Position numbers and translations under genes: made by a program | Shown here: in pieces, positions 10,265 to 20,723 of the stretch | How the letters are laid out: each line of letters begins with the position of its first letter | Position numbering within the stretch: position 1 is the first letter of the stretch | Origin: Nitrospirota bacterium | GTDB lineage: Bacteria > Nitrospirota > UBA9217 | NCBI GenBank assembly: GCA_963741205.1 | Contig: CAVUHW010000026.1 | Span: forward strand, 224,001-288,000 | Direction of reading: 5' to 3' | DNA length: 64,000 bases | Notes under the pieces: model-generated | What the model saw: only the letters and a program-made list of their open reading frames with translations | Told to the model about the DNA's origin: nothing | The model's database searches: none

Positions 10265-11940
10265 TCACGTCATATCATGCGGTACGAGCACTTTTGTCGT
10301 TCCCGTTGACTGGTTTCCCGCTTCATCAGTTGTGACGGCAGTAATGGTGTACAATCTGCCGTCCATATCCGTGCTTTCACGCCAGGCCTCGAGCGGAACC
10401 ACGCTTCCGAAACCACCCGTAACAGTCTTATTGTATTTTCCGTATTCGTCGGTTACCGTAATTATTGTTGAAGCGATTCCCGATCCGCCATCGGCAACCG
10501 AGCCTCCAATCAAAACGTTCACAATTTTATGATTAGGCGGCCAGAGGATCGCCGAGCTAACGGAAGAGAAGGGTTCGACGGAGATGTTTTATCGATATTG
10601 ACGATCATCTCATGAGTCGGCGTCTCCACGTTCCCTGCATTGTCGATTGCATAAAAGGTCACTGTATGGGTCCCATCGCTCACGATTGAAAGCGAGGCCC
10701 CACTTCCCTGCACGACGGTCTCTGTGCCGTCAACGGAGTAATGTATCTCCTTCACGCCCGCGCCGCCGTCATTGTCTGTTGCGGTCAATGTCATCTGCAC
10801 ATCAGACACATACCACCCGTTATTGCCCTGTGTCCCGGTCATCATGGATGTTGTAATTGGCGGAGTGACATCCAGAGTTGCCGCGCCTGCAGGATCGCAT
10901 ATAGGCATAATGTTCGTCCAGTCGGGTGGGAAGACAGCCGGCGACTGGCCATCGCCATTATTTCCGTCAGCCACGACGGTCCCATCGTCTTTAAGCCCAA
11001 CCGTATGATTCCAGCCTGCTGCAATGGCCTTTATATTCGTCCAGGCGGGTGGGAAGACAGTCGGCGGCGACTGGCCATTGTAATAAGACCCGACAGCCAC
11101 GACGGTCCCGTCCTCTTTAAGCCCGACCGTATGATACGGCCTGCAGCAATGGCCTTTATATTCGTCCATGAGGGAGACATCCGGCGACTGGCCTAGCCAT
11201 TATCTCCGACAGCCACGACGGTCCCGTCCTCTTTAAGCCCGACCGTATGATACGCGCCTGCAGCAATAGCCTTTATATTCGTCCATGTGGGAAGACATCC
11301 AGCTGGCCATAGCCATTATCTCCGACAGCCACGACGGTCCCATCCTCTTTAAGCCCGACCGTATGATACGCGCCTGCTGCAATGGCCTTTATATTCGTCC
11401 ATGAGGAGGAAGACATCCGGCGCTGGCCATGCGATTATCTCCGACAGCCACGACGGTCCCATCCTCTTTAAGCCCGACCGTATGATACGTGCCTGCTGCA
11501 ATGGCCTTTATATTCGTCCATGGGGGGAAGACATCCGGCTGGCCATAGCTATTATATCCGACAGCCACGACGGTCCCGTCCTCTTTAAGCCCGACCGTAT
11601 GATACGTGCCTGCTGCAATGGCCTTTATATTCGTCCATGTGGAGACATTCAGCTGGCCATAGCTATTATACCCGACAGCCACGACGGTCCCATCCTCTTT
11701 AAGCCCGACCGTATGATAGCGGCCTGCTGCAATGGTAGCTACATCAGAGCATTGAACGGCCTGGGACAGGGACAGGGAAAGGGAAACGGACTTAGAGAAC
11801 GTTGCTTGGGCAGCTGGCTGGAGTACAGGCGTCTCCCCAACACCACAAGCAAAAAGCAGGGATGCCACCGACATAACCAGAACTAACCGCATAGCATGCT
11901 TGATCATATGAAGCTTCCTCCTTGCCAACGAGAGTTTCAT
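10265..11940 (-). CDS. RCC1/BLIP-II-repeat lipoprotein with C-terminal beta-sandwich (OmpL47-like/Ig-like) domains, split by indels
   Basis: Lipobox LFAC; repeats IAAGxYHTVGLKEDGTVVAVGxNxYGQ; D.TPP.T...GNNGWY.SDV...A.DNAGNVE domain; three ORF pieces. Confidence 0.8.
10905..11740 (-). repeat. Seven near-identical ~115-125 bp coding tandem repeats (RCC1 blades)
   Basis: CAGCCACGACGGTCCC.TC.TCTTTAAGCCC.ACCGTATGAT recurs at about 10968, 11094, 11210, 11326, 11445, 11562 and 11676. Confidence 0.9.
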
Positions 11941-12098
11941 GGCTTACCTCCTTTTACGGAAACAACAGGCAAAACCAGTAATGCAACAAACAGCTATTTT
12001 ATGGCCTCCTTTTAAAACGTAAATGGCTGCTTTCGTTTTTGCGACTTATTGTATAGAATATTGTAAGCATAAAGTATTAGTTAACTTGATGTATTGCA

Positions 12099-12114
12099 AG
12101 CAATACTAGTACCA
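12099..12114 (-). promoter_or_regulatory. Putative sigma54 (-24/-12) promoter of RCC1-repeat gene
   Basis: Minus strand reads TGGTAC-TAGTA-TTGCT, giving the GG-N10-GC spacing, in an AT-rich upstream region. Confidence 0.55.
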
Positions 12115-12545
12115 TAGTACTTCTATTAATTTTTAGACAGTTATAAGTGCGATTCGGACATATATTAGGGAAGGAGATGCCTAACTGTGTAACGAACTAC
12201 ACAGAGTAAATTCTTGCCCCGAAACAAATTTTTTATGTTTTTAACATTTAAAATAGCCAATTTTTCAGGATTTTCCTGGGAAAGAGTACCGAGTTGGAGC
12301 GTTCCCTGAGGCGAAAGACCATGAACCATCTCCGTCTATTACCTTCCTTCTTAATGACTACGGGTTGTAAATTGCCGCCCTGAACCCCGTGGCGAACCAC
12401 TTCACCGGCCTTCTCTGCTGAAACCTTAGTATCCAAAGACACAATACTGAACGCCATTCCTGGTCCGATGGTTGACGCCTGCACTACCCGGTGCTATCGT
12501 TCAAATAGAAAAGCAGGGAATTGCATGTGCAGGAGGTAATAAGTC

Positions 12546-12944
12546 ATGAAAATGAATCCAGTAGTCCATTTTGAAATGCCGGCTGAAGACAGGAAGCGCA
12601 TGGCAGGTTTTTACTCGGGTGTGTTTGGGTGGAAAACCGAGCTGTTGGGTGAAGAAATGGGAAACTACGTCCTTGCCACCACGACCGAGACTGACGAAGA
12701 AGGCCGCCCTAAAACACCGGGGGCCATCAACGGCGGATTCTATCCGAAATCGGATGACATGCCGGCGCAATATCCTTCAGTGGTTATTGCTGTAGAAAAC
12801 ATTAAGGAGTATATGAAGAAGGTAGAAAAGGCGGGAGGCAAAGTGCTCGGCGAGCCTATGGATATCCCCGGAGTCGGATTGTACGTGTCGTTCATAGATA
12901 CGGAAGGCAACAGAGTAAGCATGCTGCAGCCGAAGCGGCCGTGA
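12546..12944 (+). CDS. VOC/glyoxalase-family protein
   Basis: PVVHFEMPA, GAINGG and FIDTEGNRV motifs; strong RBS AGGAGG. Confidence 0.88.
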   Translation: MKMNPVVHFEMPAEDRKRMAGFYSGVFGWKTELLGEEMGNYVLATTTETDEEGRPKTPGAINGGFYPKSDDMPAQYPSVVIAVENIKEYMKKVEKAGGKVLGEPMDIPGVGLYVSFIDTEGNRVSMLQPKRP

Positions 12945-13020
12945 GAAGCAAACCGGGTGTATGTATAGCCAGGTCGGGCCAAGCGAAGCTGTGGAAAAAA
13001 GGAATATTCCCGATACGAGA

Positions 13021-13338
13021 CTACCGCATACGAACTTTTTTCTTGAAACCACGCATCATGGAGATGATCCGTTCCGTATCCGGGAGGTCGGAAGCGGAGC
13101 TAACGGGAGCGTTTATGCCCTCAAAAAACGTAGCGCTAACCAAATTGTAGTAATCGAGAATGTCCAGGCAGTCCTTGCCCACTGCGGAGCCGTAACGGAC
13201 GTGGCAGATGTTCCCGTTCTTGAAAAACATTCGGTAGAGGTCCTCGCTTGTTTCAAGGATCCGGACATAGAGGGCACCGGTCTTTTTTTCATCATAAAGC
13301 TCCTGCAGAATGTCCGCGAAATAAAGCTCCTTTTGCAT
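13021..13338 (-). CDS. Stand-alone DUF4388/PATAN-like domain protein
   Basis: L.DILQEL...KKTGALYV...MFFKNGNI pattern; RBS AGGAGG. Confidence 0.5.
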   Translation of the reverse strand: MQKELYFADILQELYDEKKTGALYVRILETSEDLYRMFFKNGNICHVRYGSAVGKDCLDILDYYNLVSATFFEGINAPVSSASDLPDTERIISMMRGFKKKVRMR

Positions 13339-13442
13339 GTGTTCCTCCTGTAACGAGTTAGTGAGCATGCGGTACTTAAAGATTGAGTTGTTAACCTAAT
13401 TGCGCAGGGAAATAGCTGAGAGTTATTAAAATCGGTGTTCCT

Positions 13443-13925
13443 CTACCTCCCGAACTTCCTCCTTAATTTTTCGACGACCACCCTCGGGACAAGACTCGAT
13501 ACATCGCCGCCGTAGCTCGCGGCCTCCTTCACGATCGTCGAGGTGATGAACGAATACTCCTCATTCGGCATCAGGAACACTGTCTCAATCCTGCTGTCGA
13601 GCCTCCGGTTCATGAGGGCCATCTGCATCTCGTACTCGAAGTCGGATACCGCCCGGAGGCCGCGGATGATGCCCGACGCCTTTTTCTGCCGGACATAATC
13701 GACCAGGAGCCCGTCGAACCCTTCGATCCGCACCCGCCGGTAGCGGGCTATGACTTTCCTGAACATATCGATCCGCTCTTCCAGGGAAAAGAGCGGCTCC
13801 TTCTTCGGGTTCGCCGCAACAGCGACGATCAATTCATCGAAGATCCTGAGGCTCCGCTCGACGAGGTCTATATGACCTTTCGTGACGGGATCGAAGGTGC
13901 CGGGATAGACGCCGATGTGTTTCAT
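13443..13925 (-). CDS. coaD: Phosphopantetheine adenylyltransferase
   Basis: YPGTFDPVTKGH and IIRGLRAVSDFEYE motifs. Confidence 0.96.
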   Translation of the reverse strand: MKHIGVYPGTFDPVTKGHIDLVERSLRIFDELIVAVAANPKKEPLFSLEERIDMFRKVIARYRRVRIEGFDGLLVDYVRQKKASGIIRGLRAVSDFEYEMQMALMNRRLDSRIETVFLMPNEEYSFITSTIVKEAASYGGDVSSLVPRVVVEKLRRKFGR

Positions 13926-14089
13926 GATGTATACGCTCCTCTACGGTGAACTGCTCTGGGATCAAGCGATCCAAGTCTATCACAAGATACGCCTGCACTC
14001 AAGACTGTTTGCGAAGACGGAGTTCTTTACCGCTGCGGGCTCCTCATTCTCCTTGCTATGCACTCGTCTCATTCCGCGTTCCGCATTCG

Positions 14090-16114
14090 TCATTCCGCAA
14101 TTATTCCTACTCCACCTTCACCCCCACAGCCATCTCCTGCTGCCGGAGCGACCGGATCTTGTCGCGGAGTTCCGCCGCTGTCTCGAAATCCAGTTCCTTC
14201 GCCGCGGCGCGCATCTGTCTTTCGAGCGACGCGATGAGCTGCGGGAATATTCACGGTCGATACGTACTCGCCGGCGTCTTCTGCGGCGATCGGCACGGTA
14301 AAGTAATCCTGCTCGTACACGGTGCGGAGCGTTGCCTGGATGTTTCTCTTGATGGACTACCGGCGTGATGTTATGCTTCTCGTTGTACTCTTCCTGCACG
14401 GTGCGCCGCCTGTTCGTCTCGGCGATGGCGTTTCGCATGGAGTCGGTGATGTTCTCGGCGTAGAGGATGACCTCGCCGTTCACGTTCCGCGCCGCGCGGC
14501 CCATGGTCTGGATGAGCGACCGCGTGGAGCGGAGGAACCCTTCCTTGTCGGCGTCCAGAATCGCGACGAGCGAGACCTCGGGGATGTCGAGCCCCTCGCG
14601 CAGGAGGTTGATGCCGATCAGGACGTCGTACTTTCCCAGGCGCAGATCGCGGATGATATCCACCCGCTCGAGGGTCTCGACATCGGAGTGGAGATACGCC
14701 ACTTTAACGTTCAGTTCTTTGTAATGCTCGGTCAGGTCTTCCGCCATGCGCTTCGTGAGCGTGGTCACGAGCACGCGCTCTTTGGCTTCGGCGTGTCTCC
14801 TGATTTCGTTCAACAGGTCATCCACCTGCCCCTTGACCGGCCTGATGGCGATCTTCGGGTCGGTAAGGCCGGTGGGCCTGATGACCTGTTCGATGATCCT
14901 GTTCCCGGATTTCCCGATCTCAAAATCGGCCGGCGTTGCCGAAACATACACGGTCTGGTTCACCCGCTCTTCGAACTCCTGAAAATTGAGCGGACGGTTG
15001 TCCAGCGCCGACGGCAGCCGGAAGCCGTACTCCACGAGCGTCGTCTTTCTCGCGCGGTCGCCGTTGTACATGCCGCCGATCTGCGGGATCGTGGCGTGGG
15101 ACTCGTCGACGACGAGGAGAAAATCCTTGGGGAAATAGTCGAGCAGCGTCGGCGGGGGTTCTCCGGGAGCCCTGCCCGGAGAGGTGGCGCGAGTAGTTCT
15201 CGATGCCGTGGCAGTAGCCCATCTCCTGGATCATCTCGAGGTCGAACATGGTCCGCTGCTCGATGCGCTGCGCCTCGATGAGCTTGTTCATCCTGCGGAA
15301 GTCCTGGATCCGTTCCCTGAGCTCATCGTGAATGCCGTCGATGGCCGTCTTCATGCGCGTTTCCGGGATCACGTAATGGCTGTTCGGGTAGACGGCGATC
15401 TTTTCGAGCTTCGGAGCGGCGTTCCCAGGAGCGGGTCGAACTCGGAGATCGTATCGATCTCGTCGCCGAACAGCTCGACGCGGAGGGCCGTGCTCTCGTG
15501 GGAGGCGGGAAAGATCTCGACCACGTCGCCGCGCACCCGGAACGTCCCGCGCTGGAAATCGAAATCGTTCCGCGCATACTGGATGTCCACGAGCTTGCGG
15601 AGGATGTCGTTGCGCTCGATATGCTGCCCCTTTTCCAGGAACAGCAGCATGCCGTGATAGGCCTCGGGCGAACCCAGGCCGTAGATGCACGAGACCGACG
15701 AGACGACGATCACGTCGTTCCGCTCTAAGAGCGCGTTCGTCGCCGAGTGGCGCATGCGGTCGATCTGTTCGTTGATGGAGGAGTCCTTCTCGATATAGGT
15801 GTCCGTCGTCGGGAGATACGCCTCGGGCTGGTAGTAGTCATAGTAGGAGACGAAGTATTCGACGGCATTCTCGGGGAAAAGCTCCTTGAACTCGTTGTAG
15901 AGCTGGGCCGCCAGCGTCTTGTTGTGCGCGATGACGAGCGTGGGTTTCTGGACCTTCTCACGACGTTCGCCATGGTGAAGGTCTTGCCCGAGCCGGTCAC
16001 GCCGAGCAGGACCTGGTGGCGAAGACCCTTGAGGATGCCTTCGGAGAGCTTGTCGATGGCCTGGGGCTGGTCGCCGGTGGGCTTGAAATCAGAGGCGATC
16101 TTGAATTTCAGCAT
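14090..16114 (-). CDS. uvrB: Excinuclease ABC subunit B, split by indels
   Basis: [51 protein letters not shown] and QTMGRAARN across several ORF pieces. Confidence 0.95.
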
Positions 16115-16174
16115 AGAAACATACTACTCTACTCGTTGCCGGCGTGTCAATGCGGGCAATCCACAGCTCTACGC

Positions 16175-16279
16175 TGTCATTCCCGTCGCCGCTTCCGCGG
16201 GGATAAACTTGCCCCCGTGAAAACGGGGGGCGGGAATCCATTTGAGAAAATTGGATTCCGGTTCAAGCCCGGAATGACA
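16175..16279. repeat. GTCATTCCCG...GGGAATCC / GGATTCC...GGAATGAC palindromic (REP/dRS3-like) element
   Basis: Nested inverted repeats; the same family occurs at seven other intergenic sites in the window. Confidence 0.75.
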
Positions 16280-16304
16280 CCAAAAGAACAGGGACGTATG
16301 ATCG

Positions 16305-16934
16305 CTACGACTCCCACTTCGTCGGCATGATCCTGTTTCTGATCCTGAGCCACGTCCGCTCGCGCGGAGTCATCAGCCCGGGTCCGTAGAGGGTCTTCAT
16401 TTTGATGAGCGATAGCAGATCGGCGACCCCCACGAGGGAGGTCAGGCACTTGCCGATGAGAGGCGCGGACCCCGTATGAAGGGCGGACGCAAGGTCCACC
16501 ACGAAGACCTTGCCGTCGATGAGGAGGATGTTCGAGCGCCGGTGAAGGTCGAGATGGACCCAGCCGCGCGCATGCAGGTCGCGCACGATCCGCTCGAACT
16601 GATGTATGATGTCGGGTCCTATCTCTCCGCGTTCAACGGCGCCGAAGTCCTTTCCCTGCAGATACTCGACGGCAAACGAAAAGGGCGACAACCGCTTGAA
16701 CCTCGCCGGCAGGCCATCTATTCCTTCGAGCGCGGCATACGCCCGGGCCTCGCGACCGATGACGATGCGTCCGACAAGGTTCCGCTCCCAGAACCCTTTC
16801 CGGGCATAGTCCTTTACCACGAAGCGACGTCCCTCGGACCGGGTAATGAACACGTCGGCCTTGGTGAACCGTCCCTTGATCAGGACCTTTTCCGTATTCG
16901 CTAGTGCTTCAACGTACGTCAACTCAATGGGCAT
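16305..16934 (-). CDS. RIO1/Kdo-like atypical kinase
   Basis: VVKDY, HLDL...NILL and VVDLA kinase-like motifs. Confidence 0.6.
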   Translation of the reverse strand: MPIELTYVEALANTEKVLIKGRFTKADVFITRSEGRRFVVKDYARKGFWERNLVGRIVIGREARAYAALEGIDGLPARFKRLSPFSFAVEYLQGKDFGAVERGEIGPDIIHQFERIVRDLHARGWVHLDLHRRSNILLIDGKVFVVDLASALHTGSAPLIGKCLTSLVGVADLLSLIKMKTLYGPGLMTPRERTWLRIRNRIMPTKWES

Positions 16935-16981
16935 AATCGGGATGAAACAGCCGGCAAACTTTCAGCATACCTTATTATTGA

Positions 16982-17084
16982 CGTCATTCCCGAATGTTTA
17001 AATCGGGAATCCAGTAGCTTTTTGCATGAAGAAGATAAAACGAAGGCACTGGATTCCCGATAGGACCGTTCGTCGCGAATGACG
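16982..17084. repeat. GTCATTCCCG palindromic element
   Basis: CGTCATTCCCGA...TCGGGAATCCAG...CTGGATTCCCGA...GAATGACG. Confidence 0.7.
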
Positions 17085-17114
17085 ACCCAGAGATCTTTAA
17101 GGAAGGTGGAAAAA

Positions 17115-18611
17115 CTATCGCTTTTTCTCGTAGTCCCTCAAAAACTGCGTCAGGAGCCTTACCCCGATGCCGGTCGCGCCCTTCGGGGTGTAGGGCCGGT
17201 CCTTGTCGCTCCAGGCCGTCGCGGCGATGTCGAGGTGCACCCAGGGATATTTCTGCACGAACTTGGACAGAAGCGCCGCGGCCGTAATCACGCCTCCCTG
17301 CCTGCCGCCGGTGTTCTTCATGTCCGCGATGTCGCTCTTGATCTGGTCGTAGTACTCCTCCCAGAGCGGAAGCTCCCACACGCGCTCTCCGGTCTTTTCG
17401 CCGGCCTCGCGTATCTTCCGTTTGAACGCATCATGGGTGCCGACCATGCCGGTCGCTTCCTGACCGAGCGCGATGCCGCATGCGCCGGTCAAGGTCGCGA
17501 TGTCCACGATCACCGCCGGCTTGTATCGGCAGGCATAGGCGAGCCCGTCGGAGAGGATGAGCCGCCCCTCCGCGTCGGTGTTGAGGATCTCGATGGTCTG
17601 TCCGGACATCGTGCGCAGGACGTCGCCGGGCTTGTACGCGCTGCCGCCCGGCATGTTCTCCGTGGCGGGAAGCAGCCCTACAATGTTGAGCGGGAGCCCC
17701 AGCGCGGCGGCCGCACGGATTGCGCCCAGGACCGCGGCCCCGCCGGACATGTCGTCCTTCATCCTGTCCATGTTCTCCGCGGGTTTGATCGAGATGCCGC
17801 CGGAATCGAAGGTAATGGTCTTGCCCACAAGGGCGATGAAGGGCTTCTTGCCGCCCTTCCGGTATTCGACGATGATGAACTTCGGCGGCTGCATGCTGCC
17901 CGACGCAACGCCCAGGAGCCCGCCCATGCCGAGCCTTTCCATCTGTGCCCGCTCGAGGACCCGGACTTTGAGGCCGGACAGCCGGGAGAGTTCCCTCGCC
18001 TTCGCGGCAATGACCGCCGGCGTCATGTCAACGGGCGGAGAGCTTACCATGTCGCGGGCCATCATGACGGACTCGGCGATCACTGCGCCCGCCTTCGCGC
18101 CCTTCTCCAGGGCCTTGACCGCGGCCGCCGTTTCGCTCACCAGGGTCATCGTCCGGATGTCCTGCCTGCGTTCGTTCTCCTCGTCGGTCTTATACTTGAG
18201 AAAACGGTACAGGCCGAGCTTGGCCCCCTCGGCAACCGCCTGGCCGGTTTCCTCCGCATCCAGACTGAAGCCGTCGATGAGGAGCGTGATGTTCGCTGCT
18301 CCGGCGGCCCTGAGAGCAGGCGCCGCCTTGCCCACGGCGTGTCGCAGCCTGTTGAGCGTAAATTCACCGCGCTTGCCCAGCCCGGCAAGGAGCAGCCGCT
18401 CCGGGGCGATTGTTCCCCCCGGATGCACCGGGTAAACCGCCCCGGGCTTGGCCTTAAAATCGCCGCGCTTCATAATTCGCCCGATCATACCGCCGAGCGC
18501 CTTGTCCACCCGGGCCGCGGCCCCCCCCGGTTTTTCTCCGTCAAAGAGAAACAGCACCGCGCCGTCGGTCTTCAGCTTTTCTATCCAGCCCGTCGCAACG
18601 TTGATTTTCAT
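17115..18611 (-). CDS. pepA: Leucyl aminopeptidase (M17)
   Basis: VGKTITFDSGGISIKP, MKDDMSG, NTDAEGRL and DIATLTGA motifs. Confidence 0.96.
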   Translation of the reverse strand: MKINVATGWIEKLKTDGAVLFLFDGEKPGGAAARVDKALGGMIGRIMKRGDFKAKPGAVYPVHPGGTIAPERLLLAGLGKRGEFTLNRLRHAVGKAAPALRAAGAANITLLIDGFSLDAEETGQAVAEGAKLGLYRFLKYKTDEENERRQDIRTMTLVSETAAAVKALEKGAKAGAVIAESVMMARDMVSSPPVDMTPAVIAAKARELSRLSGLKVRVLERAQMERLGMGGLLGVASGSMQPPKFIIVEYRKGGKKPFIALVGKTITFDSGGISIKPAENMDRMKDDMSGGAAVLGAIRAAAALGLPLNIVGLLPATENMPGGSAYKPGDVLRTMSGQTIEILNTDAEGRLILSDGLAYACRYKPAVIVDIATLTGACGIALGQEATGMVGTHDAFKRKIREAGEKTGERVWELPLWEEYYDQIKSDIADMKNTGGRQGGVITAAALLSKFVQKYPWVHLDIAATAWSDKDRPYTPKGATGIGVRLLTQFLRDYEKKR

Positions 18612-18663
18612 GGTTCCTCACCCGGATGACCGGATTTCCGATCCGTATTTTTCCCTGAACCGG

Positions 18664-19416
18664 TCAATCTTTCCGTATGACAACCGGTTCCAGGCCTTCG
18701 AGCGTCAGCTTGGCAGCGACCTGCTCCGCCCGTTCCGCCGATGCGTAGGAGCCGATGCGCACATGGTATAAACGCGCGCGCGAGGTTTCTGTCTCAACAA
18801 TAAAGACCAGTTCGAATTTCTTCGAGAGCCGGTCCTTGAGCATGCGCGCGTTCTCCTCTTCCGTATAGGTCGCGGCCTGGACCGTGTAGCGTGCAGCGCC
18901 GCGCACCGCTGCCAGGGTTTCCAGCTTGACCCGGGCCGTACCGCTTGAAAGGAACCCCAGCTCCCTCGCTGCTTCGTACGACACGTCGAGGATCCTGTTT
19001 TTGACGAAGGGGCCCCGGTCGGTGATTGTTACGTCGATGCTCTTGGAATTGCGGAGGTTCGTGACGCGAATGACCGTGCCGAACGGCAGCGTCCGGTGGG
19101 CAGCCGAGAGGCCCTCCCTATGGAAGACGCCGCCGGACGCCGTCTTTTTGCCGTGAAGCTCCTTCCCGTACCAGCTGGCGACACCCGTTTCCTTGTAGAC
19201 CGGGCCCCGAACAGGGGCTGCCTTAGGAACGGCGGCCGCCGGTTGCGGTGGAGTGACCGCGGGCGCAGGTTCCTCCACCGTGCCTGAGGGAATACTGTGG
19301 AGAGACTGTTGCGGTAAGTCAGGCGCCAATACGGGCGCAGGTTCCTTCACTCTGCCCGCGCATGCCGACAGCGCCGCCAGCGCAAGAAATGCGCCGATTC
19401 TGAACAGCACCTTCAT
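18664..19416 (-). CDS. rlpA: RlpA-family lytic transglycosylase lipoprotein with SPOR domain
   Basis: Lipobox LSAC; GVASWYG, AAHRTLPFG and DRGPF motifs; C-terminal SPOR domain. Confidence 0.9.
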   Translation of the reverse strand: MKVLFRIGAFLALAALSACAGRVKEPAPVLAPDLPQQSLHSIPSGTVEEPAPAVTPPQPAAAVPKAAPVRGPVYKETGVASWYGKELHGKKTASGGVFHREGLSAAHRTLPFGTVIRVTNLRNSKSIDVTITDRGPFVKNRILDVSYEAARELGFLSSGTARVKLETLAAVRGAARYTVQAATYTEEENARMLKDRLSKKFELVFIVETETSRARLYHVRIGSYASAERAEQVAAKLTLEGLEPVVIRKD

Positions 19417-19455
19417 CCTATAGGAATAACAGCGTGACACCGCATTGCCTTCCGG

Positions 19456-19683
19456 TTATGCCGGCGCCTTTTCCCCGCCGGCTTTGGCCTCGGCCGCTTT
19501 CTTTGCAGCCAGTTTGTAATTCTTGACTGCGCGCAGTTTCCGCTGTGCGCGCTTCACCTGCTTGAGGGCCTTGCGGGCCTCGGGTTCGGACTTCTTGCCG
19601 CCGGCCTTCGATGCCTTCTCCGTCGCGGTCTTTTTCAGCTTTTCAATCTTTTGCTTGAGCTCTTCCTGGTTTATCTTGACCAC
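19456..19683 (-). CDS. Small Lys/Ala-rich basic hypothetical protein
   Basis: GGAGGA RBS before a GTG start; KQVKRAQRKLR basic helix. Confidence 0.55.
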   Translation of the reverse strand: MVKINQEELKQKIEKLKKTATEKASKAGGKKSEPEARKALKQVKRAQRKLRAVKNYKLAAKKAAEAKAGGEKAPA

Positions 19684-19860
19684 TGTAACAATCCTCCTTG
19701 AACGTAAATGACGCGTGTATTTGAACGAGAAACAATAATAGACAAAACCACCTTCGAAATCAAGAAATTTCGTGTTTTCCTGTGAAGGAACCGCGAAGGC
19801 GCCGCCCTTTGGAGGCAATGAACCGCAGTGTGTACCGGGATCGGGGTGTCGTCGAGAGGA

Positions 19861-19894
19861 CAAAAAAAGGGAGTCTCCTTTCGGGGACTCCCTT
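19861..19894 (-). terminator. Intrinsic terminator after the 19911..20201 gene
   Basis: AAGGGAGTCCCC-GAAA-GGAGACTCCC followed by TTTTTTT on the minus strand. Confidence 0.8.
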
Positions 19895-19910
19895 GAGAGC
19901 GTTCCTGAGA

Positions 19911-20201
19911 TTAGCAACCCACGGATGCCTTGGGCTTTGCCTTCATCTCTTTGATCTCTTTCACGGTGTCTTTATCCACCATGATCTCCGCCTTCGTATC
20001 GGCCTTGACCTTGCTGAGATCTACGCCTTTGTCGGCCTTGAGCGTCATGTCGGTGGTGGTGCCTTCCGCACAAAAGGAAATCGTGCCTGCCTTGACGTCT
20101 ACAGCCTTGATGGTGCCCTTCTTTGCTTCAGCGGCAAAAACCATGGAAACGAGAGAAACAACCATAATTACGACTGCGAGAACTGCTGCGACCTTCTTCA
20201 T
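19911..20201 (-). CDS. Small secreted beta-rich protein ending in -VGC
   Basis: AGGAGGAG RBS; Sec signal (..VFA|A); OB-like strands; terminal Cys; own terminator. Confidence 0.75.
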   Translation of the reverse strand: MKKVAAVLAVVIMVVSLVSMVFAAEAKKGTIKAVDVKAGTISFCAEGTTTDMTLKADKGVDLSKVKADTKAEIMVDKDTVKEIKEMKAKPKASVGC

Positions 20202-20489
20202 TTTTTGCTCCTCCTTGCTTGGATTTGGACTGATAATGACTGTGGGGACATACAATACCACAAGTTTAAGAAATACTCAATTAAAATTTTAAATGATGCG
20301 ATTTGAAAATTTTACGGCTTGGAGGGCCAAGAATAACGTGGGTCTGCTTGCACTTATCGAGAGTAAGGGGAATCACGAATCACGCCTGTACTTCGCAGTA
20401 GTTTTCTATGTAGGAAATTGCGAGATTCACCTACTAGTGTGTAATGGCGTTGACTAAATATCAATGCAGTATACGGCTTGTAAAGTGTA

Positions 20490-20554
20490 CATGAACGCCT
20501 GAGCTCAGGGGCGCCGCGATAGCGGCGTCCCTTGGGCGGAGCGCGTAGTTAGCG
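20490..20554 (-). mobile_element. attC-like integron recombination site 1
   Basis: Minus strand reads CGCTAAC...CCAAGGGACGCCGC tatc GCGGCGCCCCTGAGCTCAGGC GTTCATG, an imperfect 65 bp palindrome bounded by AAC and GTT. Confidence 0.55.
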
Positions 20555-20723
20555 CGCACAGTTTGTAGACAGCATATTCACGTCGCATCCGTAGCCATCT
20601 TGGCGCGCCGGTTTTAACCGGTTAAATATCTTCCGGGTGTGACTGCCAAACCCGTATACGGTAGTACGATTATTCGCTCTTGTCAACCGATATTTCGACC
20701 AGTTCGTGCAGTGACGGCTGGCA

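Noticed and set aside
10905-11740. Regularly spaced repeats with variable inserts resembling a CRISPR array or DGR
   Set aside because: Units are ~120 bp, in frame and encode RCC1 blades; no cas or reverse transcriptase gene is present in the window.
11900-12012. Three successive AAGGAGG ribosome-binding sites suggesting leader peptides
   Set aside because: The first is followed by ATA rather than a start codon and the other two are alternative in-frame starts of the lipoprotein; there is no evidence for separate peptides.
12248-12484. 78 aa minus-strand ORF
   Set aside because: No RBS or recognisable family; possibly a gene fragment, but unsupported.
1-16114. Pseudogenes or programmed frameshifting in rny, rarA, ftsY, uvrB
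   Set aside because: Indels are scattered across unrelated essential genes with no consistent slippery sites; sequencing error is more parsimonious.
17079-18629. Long plus-strand ORFs (also 59..805, 23685..24821, 26573..27847, 32993..34195)
   Set aside because: Antisense shadows of well-supported minus-strand genes in GC-rich DNA, with no recognisable motifs.
20449-20496. sigma70 promoter or attI site in the repeat next to attC
   Set aside because: TTGACT has no correctly spaced -10 in either copy, and the conserved part lies 3' of the GTT, opposite to attI geometry.
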